A DNA stretch of 64,000 bases from Eukaryota sp. TZLM1-RC (lineage: Eukaryota > Protista > Metamonada: BaSk clade), in the NCBI GenBank assembly GCA_040285825.1, contig JAUPSS010000003.1, positions 1,488,001-1,552,000 of the forward strand. The letters run 5' to 3'. The position numbers were made by a program, and so were the translations under genes. Below the pieces are notes generated by a model, which made no database searches, was not told the origin of the DNA, and worked only from the letters and a program-made list of their open reading frames with translations. Within the stretch, counting starts at the first letter, position 1; every line of letters begins with the position of its first letter. Positions 33,003 to 45,100 of the stretch are shown here, one piece after another.

Positions 33003-35819
33003 TTAAATTTTCAATCTTTTTCCATTCTTACGATTAGGAGTTGAAGCAATCTCTCTATTAATAGAAGGAGTTCTTCTTAAGGAATGAATTCCACCAATGG
33101 AAATACTATTCTGCTTACTTTCTTGAGTCTCTTTCATTATTGCTTCACCACTATCTTGAACTTGTTTGATAATATCGTGCTCTTTCCTGACGTCCTCCAA
33201 TGAATTTCTCACACTGAAGAATACTGGTCCAAGCTCAGCCAACCATTCAGGTTCAACAACTGAAACACATTGCATATACTCCTTTGTGGTGACGACAGAA
33301 TCGTGGTAAATGACGTAATCAGCCGAGTGAGAAAGACCATACAGAGATGAAGATGGATGGAGGTGGAGAGTGAGAGCAGTTCGAAGATTGTTATAAACAC
33401 CGATAGATTTCATTTTAGCAGAGTTATGAAAATAAGCTGCCGTTATGGCCTTCCTGATCCTTATCGATGACGTTTCAATTTCACCGGAACATGAAATGAT
33501 TGGCAAATCAAGAGAACGTAAAATTTCTATTAATTGATTTCTAATTTCACGAACTTTGTTCAAAGATTTCGGATGAAGATAGTTCTTGACACACCAAAAT
33601 GAATCAAAACCATTCCGTTCCCATGATAAATAGATATTAAGCAGAGTTAAATGATCGCTCTCTGCAATCATAAACTTTTCATGTGCTAAGTCCGCCTCCT
33701 CCTCCTCATTTCTGGGTCTGTTGAAAAGAGAAGGTACTGATAGAGCCGAAACGATGGTCAAAACTTCGTCTGAGCACTCAAAATCAATAGAAGAAACAAT
33801 CATTTTTGATAGGGTCGGGTCTAATGGAAACTCCGCTAAGTGACGTCCTAATTGAGTCAAAACCCCTCCATTATCCAAGGCACCAGAAAGCCATAGCTGA
33901 AACATTGAGTTAAGTAACGTCTGGTGGGGAGGAGGGTCCATAAACTCAAAATCAATCAAATCTTCAATTCCAAGCGATTTTAACAACAAAACAACATTTG
34001 CTAAATTGGTTCGTTGGATTTCAGGAATCGCTGAAGGCAACATTTCTTCGTTATAACATCTTTCGGTATACAATCTATAGCACTGCCCAGGTCCTGTTCT
34101 GCCCGATCTACCACTCCTTTGATCAGCCTGGGCTTGAGAAATAGGAGTGATCAAAAGAGAATCCATTCCTATCGAGGGATTGTAAAGTTTACATTTGAAA
34201 TATCCACAATCAATAACATACCTGATACCATCAACTGTCACTGATGTTTCGGCAATGTTGGTGGCAACCACAATCTTTCGCTCTCCTTCTTTTGCCGGTG
34301 AAAAGATTCTTGATTGAAGGTCAGCAGAGAGCTGAGAATACAAAGGCAGAATAACTGCGGGCTTGCTCTTCTTATTCTTTTCAAGTTTTTCTTGAATTAA
34401 GAAACAAATAGCATCAATATCTTCTTGACCAGTGGCAAAGATCAGAATGTCACCAACTGGAGAAGAATTGTGGATGGCCACAGCCTGTTTGACAGCAGCA
34501 TCCACATAGTCATCAACCATTGCCTTGGAGTGGAGAATTTCAACAGGAAAAGTTCTTCCAGGAACTCTAAAGACGGGAGCATCACCAAAGAATCTAGCGA
34601 ATCGTTCAGCATCTAGTGTTGCTGAGGTGATGATGACACGAAGATCAAGTCTTCTTGCCAAAACCCTTTTAAGTAGACCAAATAAAACATCAGTATTCAA
34701 GCTCCTTTCATGAGCTTCATCCATTATGATGACAGAATAGTCGGACAACATGTCATCAGACAAACTCTCTCTTAGCAGAATACCATCAGTCATGAACTTA
34801 ATTCTTGTTGCTTCACTCGAAACGTCCTCGAACCGAATAGCATATCCTACTTCTTCTCCAAGTACCACTCCTCTTTCTTGACTGACTCTCCTTGCAACAG
34901 AAACGGCAGCCATCCTTCTGGGCTGGGTGCATCCTATGGTCAACTTGGAATCACCAACAGATGCAAAACCACTGTCTAGTAGATACTGGGGAATTTGAGT
35001 GGTCTTTCCAGAACCTGTTTCACCTAAAACTACCACTACTTGGTTTTCTCTTATTAATTGAATTAAAGAATCTTTACTATTGTATATTGGGAGTCGTTTG
35101 CGTTGTTCAGAAAGGTCAAGACTTCTAGAGAAATCTGATTGGGGAGCTGATTCTAGCTTATCCATAGCTTCCATATAACCCCCGGTCAACGCCACGTGGC
35201 CCGTCTCGTCATCATTTTGACCTATGACGTCATCAGGAACGTGAGCCACCCCTAATAATCTCTTTGCACTCCTGATTCTACTCTTTTGTTCTCTCACCTC
35301 TAACAAAGTTGAGGACCCTTTCCTTGCCAGACGAGCAATATCAGCATTGCGATCCTTGACGACAAGTATTTCCTCCTGCTTGTTAGCAAAAGCAAGCTTT
35401 CCTTTGAGGAAGGGGGGAGTGGTAGAGTGAACAGAGAGCATGACTCGAGATTCTTCCTCTTCGTCAAGTGTCTTTTGATCCGTTTTACGTGCTCTTGCGA
35501 TGCCAGAAGTAAGCATACGATTCTCTTCCCAACGTTTAGAGTCTTCGTGCACCTGCGAAAAGACAAGAGATTTGTGTTTTTCCATTCTGGTTTTGGTAGA
35601 ATCTGTTGGAGTGGAAGTTTTAGGGATAAAGGGTCTGTAAGCATGTACACGAGATGAAGAGTCTATACGTGGAGAAAAGTCCCAGTCTTTACGTATTTGA
35701 GAGGTATTACGTCTACGAGGATTGATTCTGGGAGAAGGTTGTGGTAATTCTGGTTTATTAGGGGGATAAGGGACAGATGGCAAGTTTCTGTATTGTTGTG
35801 GTCGTCTTGAAGGTTTCAT
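33003..35819 (-). CDS. PRP16: Pre-mRNA splicing DEAH helicase Prp16 (DHX38)
   Basis: GETGSGKTTQ, DEAH, SAT and QRSGRSGR motifs, plus Prp16-type WEENRMLTSG, PPFLKG and ARKGS. Confidence 0.92.
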   Translation of the reverse strand: MKPSRRPQQYRNLPSVPYPPNKPELPQPSPRINPRRRNTSQIRKDWDFSPRIDSSSRVHAYRPFIPKTSTPTDSTKTRMEKHKSLVFSQVHEDSKRWEENRMLTSGIARARKTDQKTLDEEEESRVMLSVHSTTPPFLKGKLAFANKQEEILVVKDRNADIARLARKGSSTLLEVREQKSRIRSAKRLLGVAHVPDDVIGQNDDETGHVALTGGYMEAMDKLESAPQSDFSRSLDLSEQRKRLPIYNSKDSLIQLIRENQVVVVLGETGSGKTTQIPQYLLDSGFASVGDSKLTIGCTQPRRMAAVSVARRVSQERGVVLGEEVGYAIRFEDVSSEATRIKFMTDGILLRESLSDDMLSDYSVIIMDEAHERSLNTDVLFGLLKRVLARRLDLRVIITSATLDAERFARFFGDAPVFRVPGRTFPVEILHSKAMVDDYVDAAVKQAVAIHNSSPVGDILIFATGQEDIDAICFLIQEKLEKNKKSKPAVILPLYSQLSADLQSRIFSPAKEGERKIVVATNIAETSVTVDGIRYVIDCGYFKCKLYNPSIGMDSLLITPISQAQADQRSGRSGRTGPGQCYRLYTERCYNEEMLPSAIPEIQRTNLANVVLLLKSLGIEDLIDFEFMDPPPHQTLLNSMFQLWLSGALDNGGVLTQLGRHLAEFPLDPTLSKMIVSSIDFECSDEVLTIVSALSVPSLFNRPRNEEEEADLAHEKFMIAESDHLTLLNIYLSWERNGFDSFWCVKNYLHPKSLNKVREIRNQLIEILRSLDLPIISCSGEIETSSIRIRKAITAAYFHNSAKMKSIGVYNNLRTALTLHLHPSSSLYGLSHSADYVIYHDSVVTTKEYMQCVSVVEPEWLAELGPVFFSVRNSLEDVRKEHDIIKQVQDSGEAIMKETQESKQNSISIGGIHSLRRTPSINREIASTPNRKNGKRLKI

Positions 35820-35859
35820 TTGAGAGGAGTTGTATGAGTATCAGTAAAGTAAAGTAAAA

Positions 35860-35972
35860 CTGTGAATTTCATCGGAAATGCATACATCTGATCATGTAGC
35901 ATTCCTCCATTCCCTTATACGGTTTCCTTTTCAGGATCACAGCGCCCGAAGGCAATACATTTATACAAACAA
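35860..35972 (-). ncRNA. Structured RNA downstream of the Fanzor stop; candidate omegaRNA
   Basis: Minus strand: GCC-UUCG-GGC (35944-35953), CCU-GAAA-AGG (35926-35935), a long hairpin at 35874-35905, and a closing helix CUGUGA/UCACAG (35937-35942 with 35860-35865). Confidence 0.7.
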
Positions 35973-35975
35973 CTA

Positions 35976-37680
35976 TCACTCTCTCACCTCCCTTCTAAAT
36001 GTCTCTGGTCTGATCCCAGTAAAATGTTCAGAAATCGCAATCTCTAGCTGATTTCTTGAAGCGAAATGTCTCTAGACCAGCGTTCATCACATCTAGGACA
36101 TTCAAAGTAAGCAAAATTGATTCTTCGAGTGCCTTCATGATACACCTTCCTGTGATGTACCTTGCAACAATTGGTTTTGGCAGATGTCATGTATTCATCT
36201 CCAACCTTCACATTGGCAAAGTATTTCTTTACTTCTGTCAGAAACTTCTTATTTGGGGCTTTGGTGGATTGTCGAGAAGGTCCATTACCACCATTACCAA
36301 ACCAAATAATAGTTTCCCTGTTATTAGCTAGTCTCTTAATTTTGTTAATAAAATGAATGAACCTTTTTTGTCTTCTTATCACAAAATCAAACTTATTTCG
36401 TCTCAAAATTCTCTCTGTACTATTGGTCAAAGTTTGGGAAAGCAAAGAAATTGTTTCCTGCTCATCATTCCTTATCAGTGAAGCTATTTCAATGAGATAC
36501 CTGTTGAAGCTCTCAACGGAATAAGTGTTCACAGAGGATTGAGTGAGTGGCTGGGGAAAATCAATTATTTTTGCTTTCGGATCCAGTAGAATTCCAGATT
36601 GTTCAACAATTACCCTATTCTCTTGTGAACAATGTCCAGTTGTCCAACCACATAAATTTGAATGGTTTGGATCAACCGCCACGAAAAAAGGTCTTCTCTG
36701 ATGGGAGGATCCTGCGAGCAATCTTGAGACCGTCTAGCAATTTTCCTCGGTCGGTTAGCTCGCCCATTTATTCTCTTATTTCGTTTTCTAGTGGACTCTC
36801 TGAAATAAGGACGACTTTGACCCAATGCTTGAATTTCAGAATTTTTTCGCCTGGTGCACGTCTTTTTGGGTTTCTTTGAAAAAGTGATGCGCAATAAGAG
36901 TCCATTGCTAGAAATTGAGAAAGTTTTAAATTTTTTCTTGTTAAAAAACTTAAAAGGGTTCCGTAATAATTGTTGGTAGGATTCAATTTTTTGAAATATT
37001 CCAGAGCTTGTTGATTAAAAGGAACAAACCCTGGAACTTTGGTGGCAATTGGGGATAAGGCATGTCTTCGAAATACATTTGGGCATGTACTTTCTAGACG
37101 ATGTAAAATTGACAATCCCCAATGGCTTATCAACCAACAATTATAAACAGTGACATCCAATTCATCATGTCTCAGGGCACGTGTATACAAATCATTAGAT
37201 GTTACTGTTTGGTTCCAAATTTTGGAAATATGAAAATGATATTCATCATACCATTGTCTTAAATTTTCAGAAATTGTGGAACCGGAAACCACACAACTGA
37301 ATATACTTTGATGGAGCAGGACACTCCATCTGCTTACCCATAGACCTGAAGAAATTCAGTTTCCAGGTAACAGGGCCATGGGTCAGCAGCTGTCTGTGAG
37401 CTGATTCGAGTTGAACAGCTCTATTGCTTAAAAGAGCAGCCTGACAAAAGGGTGGATGTTCTTGGCCCTCTACTAACGGAGGCCACGGCCAGGTAGCACT
37501 TGATGTCATATGCGTAAGAGCCTCATAGACATCAAGGTTAGTGCTCTTGAAAGGCTCCCTAACTTTAGGTCGACTGTGGGTGACGTAGTGGAAGCACTGG
37601 GACCAGAATTGACGGTGAGCGAGCCAGCAGGACAGATGCGGATATTCTAATAGAAGCTTTCTTGCCAAAACCAAACTTTC
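35976..37680 (-). pseudogene. Frameshifted Fanzor gene, subgroup B/C
   Basis: RuvC-I FVAVDPN, IIWFGNG, RuvC-II VGDEYMTS, zinc finger NCC..CPRC, RuvC-III WSRD, and shifted tail ..GIRPETFRR*. The N-terminal part lies in ORFs 36768..37292 and 37267..37674. Confidence 0.88.
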
Positions 37681-37689
37681 TTGTTTTGG

Positions 37690-38620
37690 TTCTTACCCAA
37701 ACAATTCTGTTCTTCCAGATAAATTGATCAAAAGAACGTCCTGAGTCCTTTAAGAAACTGCCTAAATCATTCAAGAAAGATAGTCCTTCCCTGCCTAAAG
37801 TACCAAAAATAGAAATTCCAATTGGAACAAAAACGATGTTTCTGGCACGTTGTTTGTCCAAACGTACAAATACATCAAAACCCAATTATTGATCAATTAT
37901 TATTCATCAATTATTGAGGGTTGATTCAATGTCCGAAACAGTTGTACAATCAATAATTAATTTCTGGCCGCTATGCCAAGCACATTGAATGTCACCTCAT
38001 TTTTGACTTTGAGCAAGCTCCATTTCATCAAAAACTGGTTCTAGTCGTACTGGATGATGGGCACTCTTCAACAAATCATAAATGCAATCGCGAACGGCAT
38101 TGTAAATTATCGACCTCTTCTGAGTGAAGTTCCTACAAGATAAACCATGAGTATAGGAAGCAACTGCTCAACATTTACAACGAATATTTGTTAAACACTG
38201 AGGGGGAGGTAAGTTCAAACGTAGTCTCATAATTGTTAAAAACTGGGAATCGGAAAGCAACAGACCAAAACGGCGAGGTACTTGGGTTATTAGGCAAGAT
38301 GCACTGTTGATAAAAGAACCTTTATCGCAAAGGGAAATGTTGCAAAGGAAGAATCACCTGAATTATTAGCCAAGCTAATTTGTTCTTCTAGTGATTCAGC
38401 TTCGAGAGCCTTAATCAATTTCTTTTGCAGTTTAGGGACAGTTCTCAAAAAATTACTTAAATCTTTAACTTCAACAGAGGCACGATCAACTGTAGAAGCA
38501 AACATTGAAAACCACAGTTTATCAGAGCAGTTATCAAGGAATATTTTGACAAAGAGAGCAGCATGGTGAAAGAATATTGCAAGTGGAGCAACTGTGAATT
38601 TCACATATCATGCATTCCCC
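37690..38620 (-). mobile_element. Decayed RLE retrotransposon fragment (R3-like), 3' end missing
   Basis: FVPIGISIFG.LG..GLSFL..WKNRIV, with upstream PRRFGL..MRLRL remnants. Confidence 0.75.
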
Positions 38621-39099
38621 TGTGAAATTTACTCCTTTTTTCAACTTTCTCAGTGTCTACTCACAGGGTGTAAGAGACATGTAGCATCATTTGACGAAGA
38701 CAATCATGATCTTCGTCAATGGGCTAGCTTACTTAAATACACCTACTGCTTTCACAGAACAAAGCCTCGCGACTTGATGTATCTAAGTGGATTTACCAAA
38801 TGCTACTAAGGTATTTGTAGATCAGTCTCAAAAGTTTTTCCAAAGTTTTTGTTTCTGTATGCTCACGTTCCCTATTCATCTCCTCAACAGAGCTTCTGGG
38901 CAAGTGTATCTTTCTGGCCACAATTCTGCTTTCTTCTTAATTTGAATATTATTGGCACGTTATTATGCTAAGAAGCTCCTGAACTGTGTGTTCTAGGTTT
39001 TCTGTGTTTTTGTCTACACCATTAAGTAAAAGTTGAAAACTAAGACCCATAGATGTCGATACCAAAGGATGGCTTTAAGTAGTATAATTAATCGAATGA

Positions 39100-40980
39100 C
39101 TACAAGAACAATTAGTTTATTAGGTAATTTGGCAAAAATTGAAGAGCAACTTTTAGCTATTCAAGAACTAAAAATTGACAGGCATTTAGCGTTTTCGGTT
39201 CTGAATGTGTATTTTGGATCAAAAATTAATCATCTTCTTCGTTCTTTATCTCTTACAATTTCACATGATTTTGCACGTCAATATAATGCTGGGAGAACCA
39301 ATTTTTCAGGAGATTTCGTGGAAGTTTGTCCGTCAAAAATTCCTTATCATGGATTTTTTAGTCCTAAATTTGCTGGAGTTGGTTTTTCAAAAGCAGAGTA
39401 TTTATGCAAAAGTGTTTTCATTGGTGGTATGAAAAATTTTCTTTTTAAGTGGCAACTCCGGTTTGATCAAATTCTTTTGAATGAATCACATCCTTTATTA
39501 ATTTCACTCGAGCACATGGTGCAATAACTACCTATTGATGTGTGGAATAAGTGTTTTCCTTCAAGTTTGCCTTCTGTACCTCCAAGATCTATGTCTAATC
39601 TTCATCTTGCTGTTGTGAAATTGCAGAAGTCTGTTTTAATTGGTTTTGAAGACCTGGATTTCTCTAAACGATTTGGTGTGACTAAGATTAATAATCCCGT
39701 CTTTGCTGCTTTTTTATCAGACATCCAGAATTGCACTAGTGTAATATCTCAGCAACCAAGGCCATTTGGTCTTCACTTAACAAATGAAGCTTAGAAACAA
39801 AACATGCGTTTGAGATTAGGGCTGTATCCAAGTGGTTTTTTGGATAATTCTTTTTGTATTTGTAACGAAAAACCGACTGTCAATTTCCGTCATATTGTAA
39901 GTTGTAAAAAATTTCATCAATATCGGTCAGTTCTTCATAATGCCGTTCGTGATGTGACATATGAGATGTTTAAGTGTTACAATTTTAGTTGCAAAGTAGA
40001 ACCGTTGTTGAAGCATTATAGCGATAATAATTTGTTTAGTTCTCGTCGAGGTGGTTTAATTGCTCTTTTTGTGGATTCTTTTCAAGTTGTTGTAGATTTT
40101 ACTACAGTTGATCCATTTGCTTCTATTTATCGTGATGATGTTTTAGTTAGTTCTAATGGTCATTTCAACAAGGCTGAGGATCGTAAAACAGACAAATATA
40201 CTAAGGTATTAAATGATTTAAATATGAACCTTTATTCGAAGTTTTCGTTTGTTTTTTTTAGGATAAATTTATTTTCAACGCTAACAAAACATTAAACAAA
40301 AAACTAGAACTCAATATCCTCAATACACGCATCAACATCATCAAATCTTTTAAGCGCGCGATTTTCATACTCTATTCCTAATTGTAACAGTGCTTTGGTC
40401 AACATTTCTGGAATTGCTTTAAGAATACTGAAAACAATTCTATTGTGCCAGAAATTGAAGTTCAATTCTTTTCCTGCTCTTTCTTTTATTAAACTTCTGA
40501 AACCTTCAAGAAATTTAATGCCAGATATTCCAATGTTACCAAAAAGAGAAACAGCAAATGGAACCAACTGATACTTAACATGCTCAACACGTCCTAGCTG
40601 AGATAAGGGTTCATTGTACTTTCTGATTTTGCTCTTTTCAGCAAAGCAAAGTGGAGTTTCATCTCTTTTAGCAAAGTCAATTGCTGATTTCGTTTGTTCC
40701 ATTTGCCATCTTGATTTTTGGCAACATTGAACAGTCTGCCTTGAATTTTCTCAATGATTTTAATAATTTTTGTCGTTCAAGTGGTAAGAATTTTGCAAGG
40801 AATTTATGGAAAAATCGCATTATTTTTGCTTTGTATAGAAGTGTTCCCAAGTACTTAAATTCAATGATGTCCAAGCTGTATAAGGATTCATCAAGAGTTG
40901 GCGTGGAGAATTTTGTTTCTTATGTGTTTTAATTTGTTTTGTTTTGTTTTGTTTCTTCGTCTAAAATAATTAGTTTATTA
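39100..40980 (+). mobile_element. 5'-truncated family R3 retrotransposon, interrupted by a nested insertion
   Basis: KINHLLRS, AGVG, CIC..HIVSC..RSVLHN, VEP and DFTTVDP motifs; ends VENFVSYVF*. Confidence 0.88.
40254..40687 (-). mobile_element. Nested 3' fragment of family R4 retrotransposon with TSD TTTCGTTTGTT (40243-40253 / 40688-40698)
   Basis: KIRKY..VPFAVSLFG..WHNRIVF..EDIEF*. The empty site is visible in the R3 copy near 48215. Confidence 0.88.
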
Positions 40981-40989
40981 ACATGAAAA

Positions 40990-41680
40990 GTATTTCAAGA
41001 AATCAATATTCCCCACAAAATTGATTCCTCATTAAACCTGGGTAATAAAAATCAAGCGACTAATTCTGTAGCAGAATGGAAAGCAACTTTATTCCAATTC
41101 AATTCCCAAAACTGAAGATTTGAGAGAGTTATAGAACAGAAACATTTACGAATAGCATCATTGCTGAGGTCTAGCATCAAAAACATCAAAAATATTTAGG
41201 AAAGTAAGATGGTGGACTGAGATTAATCGCATAAGATCTGAGGCGAAGATGATACAGAGATTCAAATCAGTAATTGGTGATCCCAGCCAAGTAGTTATCG
41301 GAATCGGAGACTGGGAACAACGAAAACACAAGAAATTCAAAGAACCTACCAAAAGAAAAGGTTTGATAATTCTATTTAAAAAGGATAGTTATAGGGTCTT
41401 TTGAATTGATCAGTTTTGAACCAGTAGCTGTTGTTTCAACTGTAAAAAGCAGAGAAAACAGTTGAAGTATTCTGATGATGCAGAAATCCAAAACCAAGGA
41501 AGAGGCATGAGATTTCTACTCCTCACGGGCTTACCATGTGTCAATCATGCGAAAGTTTGTAAAATAGAGATAGAAATGCTTCGCTGAATATGTTGGCAGT
41601 GATGGAAGCACATGCAAATGGTGAAGATAAACCGGAATACCTTCAAAGAGCCAAGGTTGATGAAGGTTCAAAGAAAACAG
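40990..41680 (+). pseudogene. Decayed Fanzor, family A copy 3 (3' terminal block absent)
   Basis: IFRKVRWW..VIGIGDWEQRKHKKFKEPTKRKG..IDQF*TSSCCFNC..RNPKP..HGLTMCQSCESL*NRDRNASLNM..KPEYLQR. Confidence 0.88.
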
Positions 41681-42164
41681 TTTTTTTTGGACAATAGCTG
41701 GAAGCACCGTGGCATGCGATAAGAAAGAGTGGTGATTAGACTAGTAGAAAGCAAAACCTAAGGCAGAAGAATTATGAGGGGGATTAGAGTCAGGGTGGTT
41801 GGTGAGGGGGATTTTTCTTCACCCTGAAAGAGCACCATAATAAATAGAAAACAAGATCAAACATTATATCAAAACAAACCTCGAAAGAGTTAGTCAAATA
41901 ACCTGTGAAATGTGAGGGTCAGAAAACTATAAAGTTCAATCAACCAGTGTTGTGTGGAGAATTGAGTAAAAAAGCTGAATTTGCCAAAAGAAAAGTGTAT
42001 TGTTTCTGATTGAAAAATTCAAATAAAATTGAAAAGCAAGAAAAAAAAAGAATTGTGGATTCTAGCTGCTAAAACCTGAAGTAAACCAAACAATGCAATC
42101 AAAAAAACAAAAAGGCACAATTATTGAAAAAGAAATGGTAACCTGTAGGTTCCAATACCTCAAA

Positions 42165-45100
42165 TTACTTACCACCAACTCCCAATCCAAGAAATTCCCT
42201 TTCCAAATCAGTCAAAACTCTCTCTTCTGGAATTGTGATAATGTCCTTAGCATCCCTTTGGTCTAGGATGACTGGATCTTGAAGTAAACGAATGATATCA
42301 TTAAAAGTGTTGACAAATACATAGCCAGAATTGAAATGCAGTTTTAAATCATGGGGTCTACGTTCGAATGCTCTAAAAACGGGTCGCCATTCTGTACACT
42401 TCCCAAAGCTTGTGCGTTTTCCAACAATGACCAAGCTTTTCCTAGATCTAGAGAGCAGAACGGTTATTCTGTGGAGATCCTTGAGAAAAGCAGAAGGAAC
42501 GGGAGACTTGGAAACGAGAGAAACAAGTATAATGTCAGCTTGTCGACCTTGAAATTCATCAATGGTACGAATAACAAAGAAATTAGAGGACTTGGTCTGA
42601 TGTAAGGCTGAGATTTTGGTAAAGATTTCTTCAAGATAGCGCTTCTGTTTCTTATAAGGAGTCAAGATGGCAATTGAATTATGTTTTGAATTTTGAAGTA
42701 AATACTGCACCAAATAAAACACAAACTTGCCTTCATTTTCGCATATTTCAGTCTGACTTCCTCCTTTTCTGTCGATATCCACCCAGCAGAAACTATTCTC
42801 AATGCACAACAGACGTTCTCTTTCAACATCAGAATCTTTAAGACCATCGTATCTCCACCTATAAAGATCAGCAATCTCTGAAAAAGTCCTGGCTTGAATG
42901 TCTAGAACAGTAGGGGTAATACCAAGCCGTTGAAGCCTGGTGAAGAGAGAGACGTTGAGACCAGGTCTAGTGAGGAGGGGGGTGGGTACAAAAGGACGGA
43001 GCTGCTTGTCATCTCCTATTAAAATGATTCTAATGGGTTTTGTGGTAAAAATAGGAAGTAGTTCGGGTTCAGTAATAGTTGATGCTTCTTCTACCAACAA
43101 AGTATCAATATTGTAGGCGTTCAAAACATCAAGATTTTGTACCAAAGAATTGACGGTGCCAGCCACGATATTTGCAGTTCGAATAAAATGGTGCTTCTTT
43201 TGCAAATTTCTTAATTTTAAAACATGAATAGAATCTTGTAAAAACTGAAAAAGTTCACTTAATTTCGAGTAAAACAATTGGGGAGTAAAAGAATCATCAC
43301 AAAAAAGCTTGAAATAAAGTTCCATTGATGTTGTTGTAATTGAAGATTGAAAAGTGGTATTTGAAATAAGTTGAGTAATTTCATCAATAAACTTGGAAAT
43401 GTTCCTAAAATTTAAAGAATCAATTGCTTTAATAGTTTGGGCCACTATTGCTTCTAACTCAGCATTTTGTAAAACTTTTAGATTTTGAATAATGAATTTA
43501 AACTTTGCCAAAATGTAATCAACTTTTCCGTTCAGAGTAAACCTACAAGAACTATCAGAGGTGGCATGGCGACCAAAACGAAATATTTGTTGAGCCTTGC
43601 CGACAGTTGACACGGCCAAATTTTCAATAATTTGATCAACTGCCAGATTAGAATGACTGGTAACTAAAATTTTGGAAGAATTTTCACATGAACGTACCAA
43701 ATTTTCAACCAATTTTGTTGATGTCTTAGTCTTTCCAGTTCCAGGAGGTCCTACGATAAGGGAAATGCGACAGAAAAAAGGAATCAAAAGTGCCTTTAAT
43801 TGAGAATAATAAGGTTTAAATGATGATGAGTGGATGTTAACAATACATGTATGATTATTGACCCTCAAATTGATTGAGTTGCCGATCATAGAGTCAAATT
43901 TAAAGCTAAAACTGTCTAAATAATTACTGCCAAATTCTGAAATAAATCTAGTCAATTCCCATGGCTCAGTATTAGAAAAAAGACTGATTTCCGACGGGAA
44001 TTGATCCAAAAGCACTGATTTCTTGTCAAAATTTCCAATCAAAATATCACATAGCCAAGGTTTCAAGCTTGATTCATTTCTCTTTAATAGAGCCAAGTTT
44101 TTGAGTGTGGAAAATTGAGCTCCTAATTGAGGAATTGGGAAATAAACTGCATCAAAATCAATTTCTGATTGATTGGATGACGTTTCCAAAGGATGACAAG
44201 GGAATTCTTTTGGATTAAGGAAGGAATTATCAGAGGAGAAACGACAAGTGATTAAGTAAGGATCAAAATTGGAATCTTTCTGACTCCCATTATTGTGAAT
44301 CCCGTTATCAAAAATAATATCAGAAGGTGTAAAACTACCAGTCTTCACAAATTCAAATGAAGTCACATGACCACCACGTATTTTTGACACTTTGGACATG
44401 TCAGCATCGACACCATCCTTAAACTTAACAACCAACACGTAGACAATATTGCCCTCCTCAAATTCCTTCAAATATTCGCTGTTTGAAACTAAAAATTTAA
44501 TCTCAATTTGTCCCTTTTCCTTCGTCAATGAAGTGATTGGCCCAAAGATCATCCCTTCCCCCTGCTGATGAAGCCTCTCTTCCGTTGACAGAAGAGTTCG
44601 AAGACCATCTACACAAGAAGATGAGACAGAACAACGGTTAAGGACAGCAAGGCGTCTGACGTAATCATCAAAAGAAAGAAAACGTAAAGAGAGTTCCGGT
44701 GGGATGAATTCTCTTGAAGTCAAACCAATTATGAGCCTTTCAGTAGGGTGCCACGTTTCAAGGCCAGAATAAATGATTAATCGGCTAAAACTATCAGAAA
44801 TTCGTTGACTGGGAACCCAAGATAAATAATTCCTGTTATTTCTATCTACCAAGTAACTAATAACATTTGTATCCAATTCTGATAAAAGGTAAAACAATTG
44901 GCGTTGAAATTTAATGGGAATTCGGGAAAGTGCATGACCAATACAATCAATCAAACAGAACCTTTGATTGATTGATGGTTCTAGTCCAATAGACAAAAGC
45001 GCATGTAAGTCAATCAAATTCAACACCCCGTCACGTGATTCTGATTGAATAAAAGGTTCAAAATTCTCCAAATGACGTGGGGTAAAGTAAGCCAGGAACA

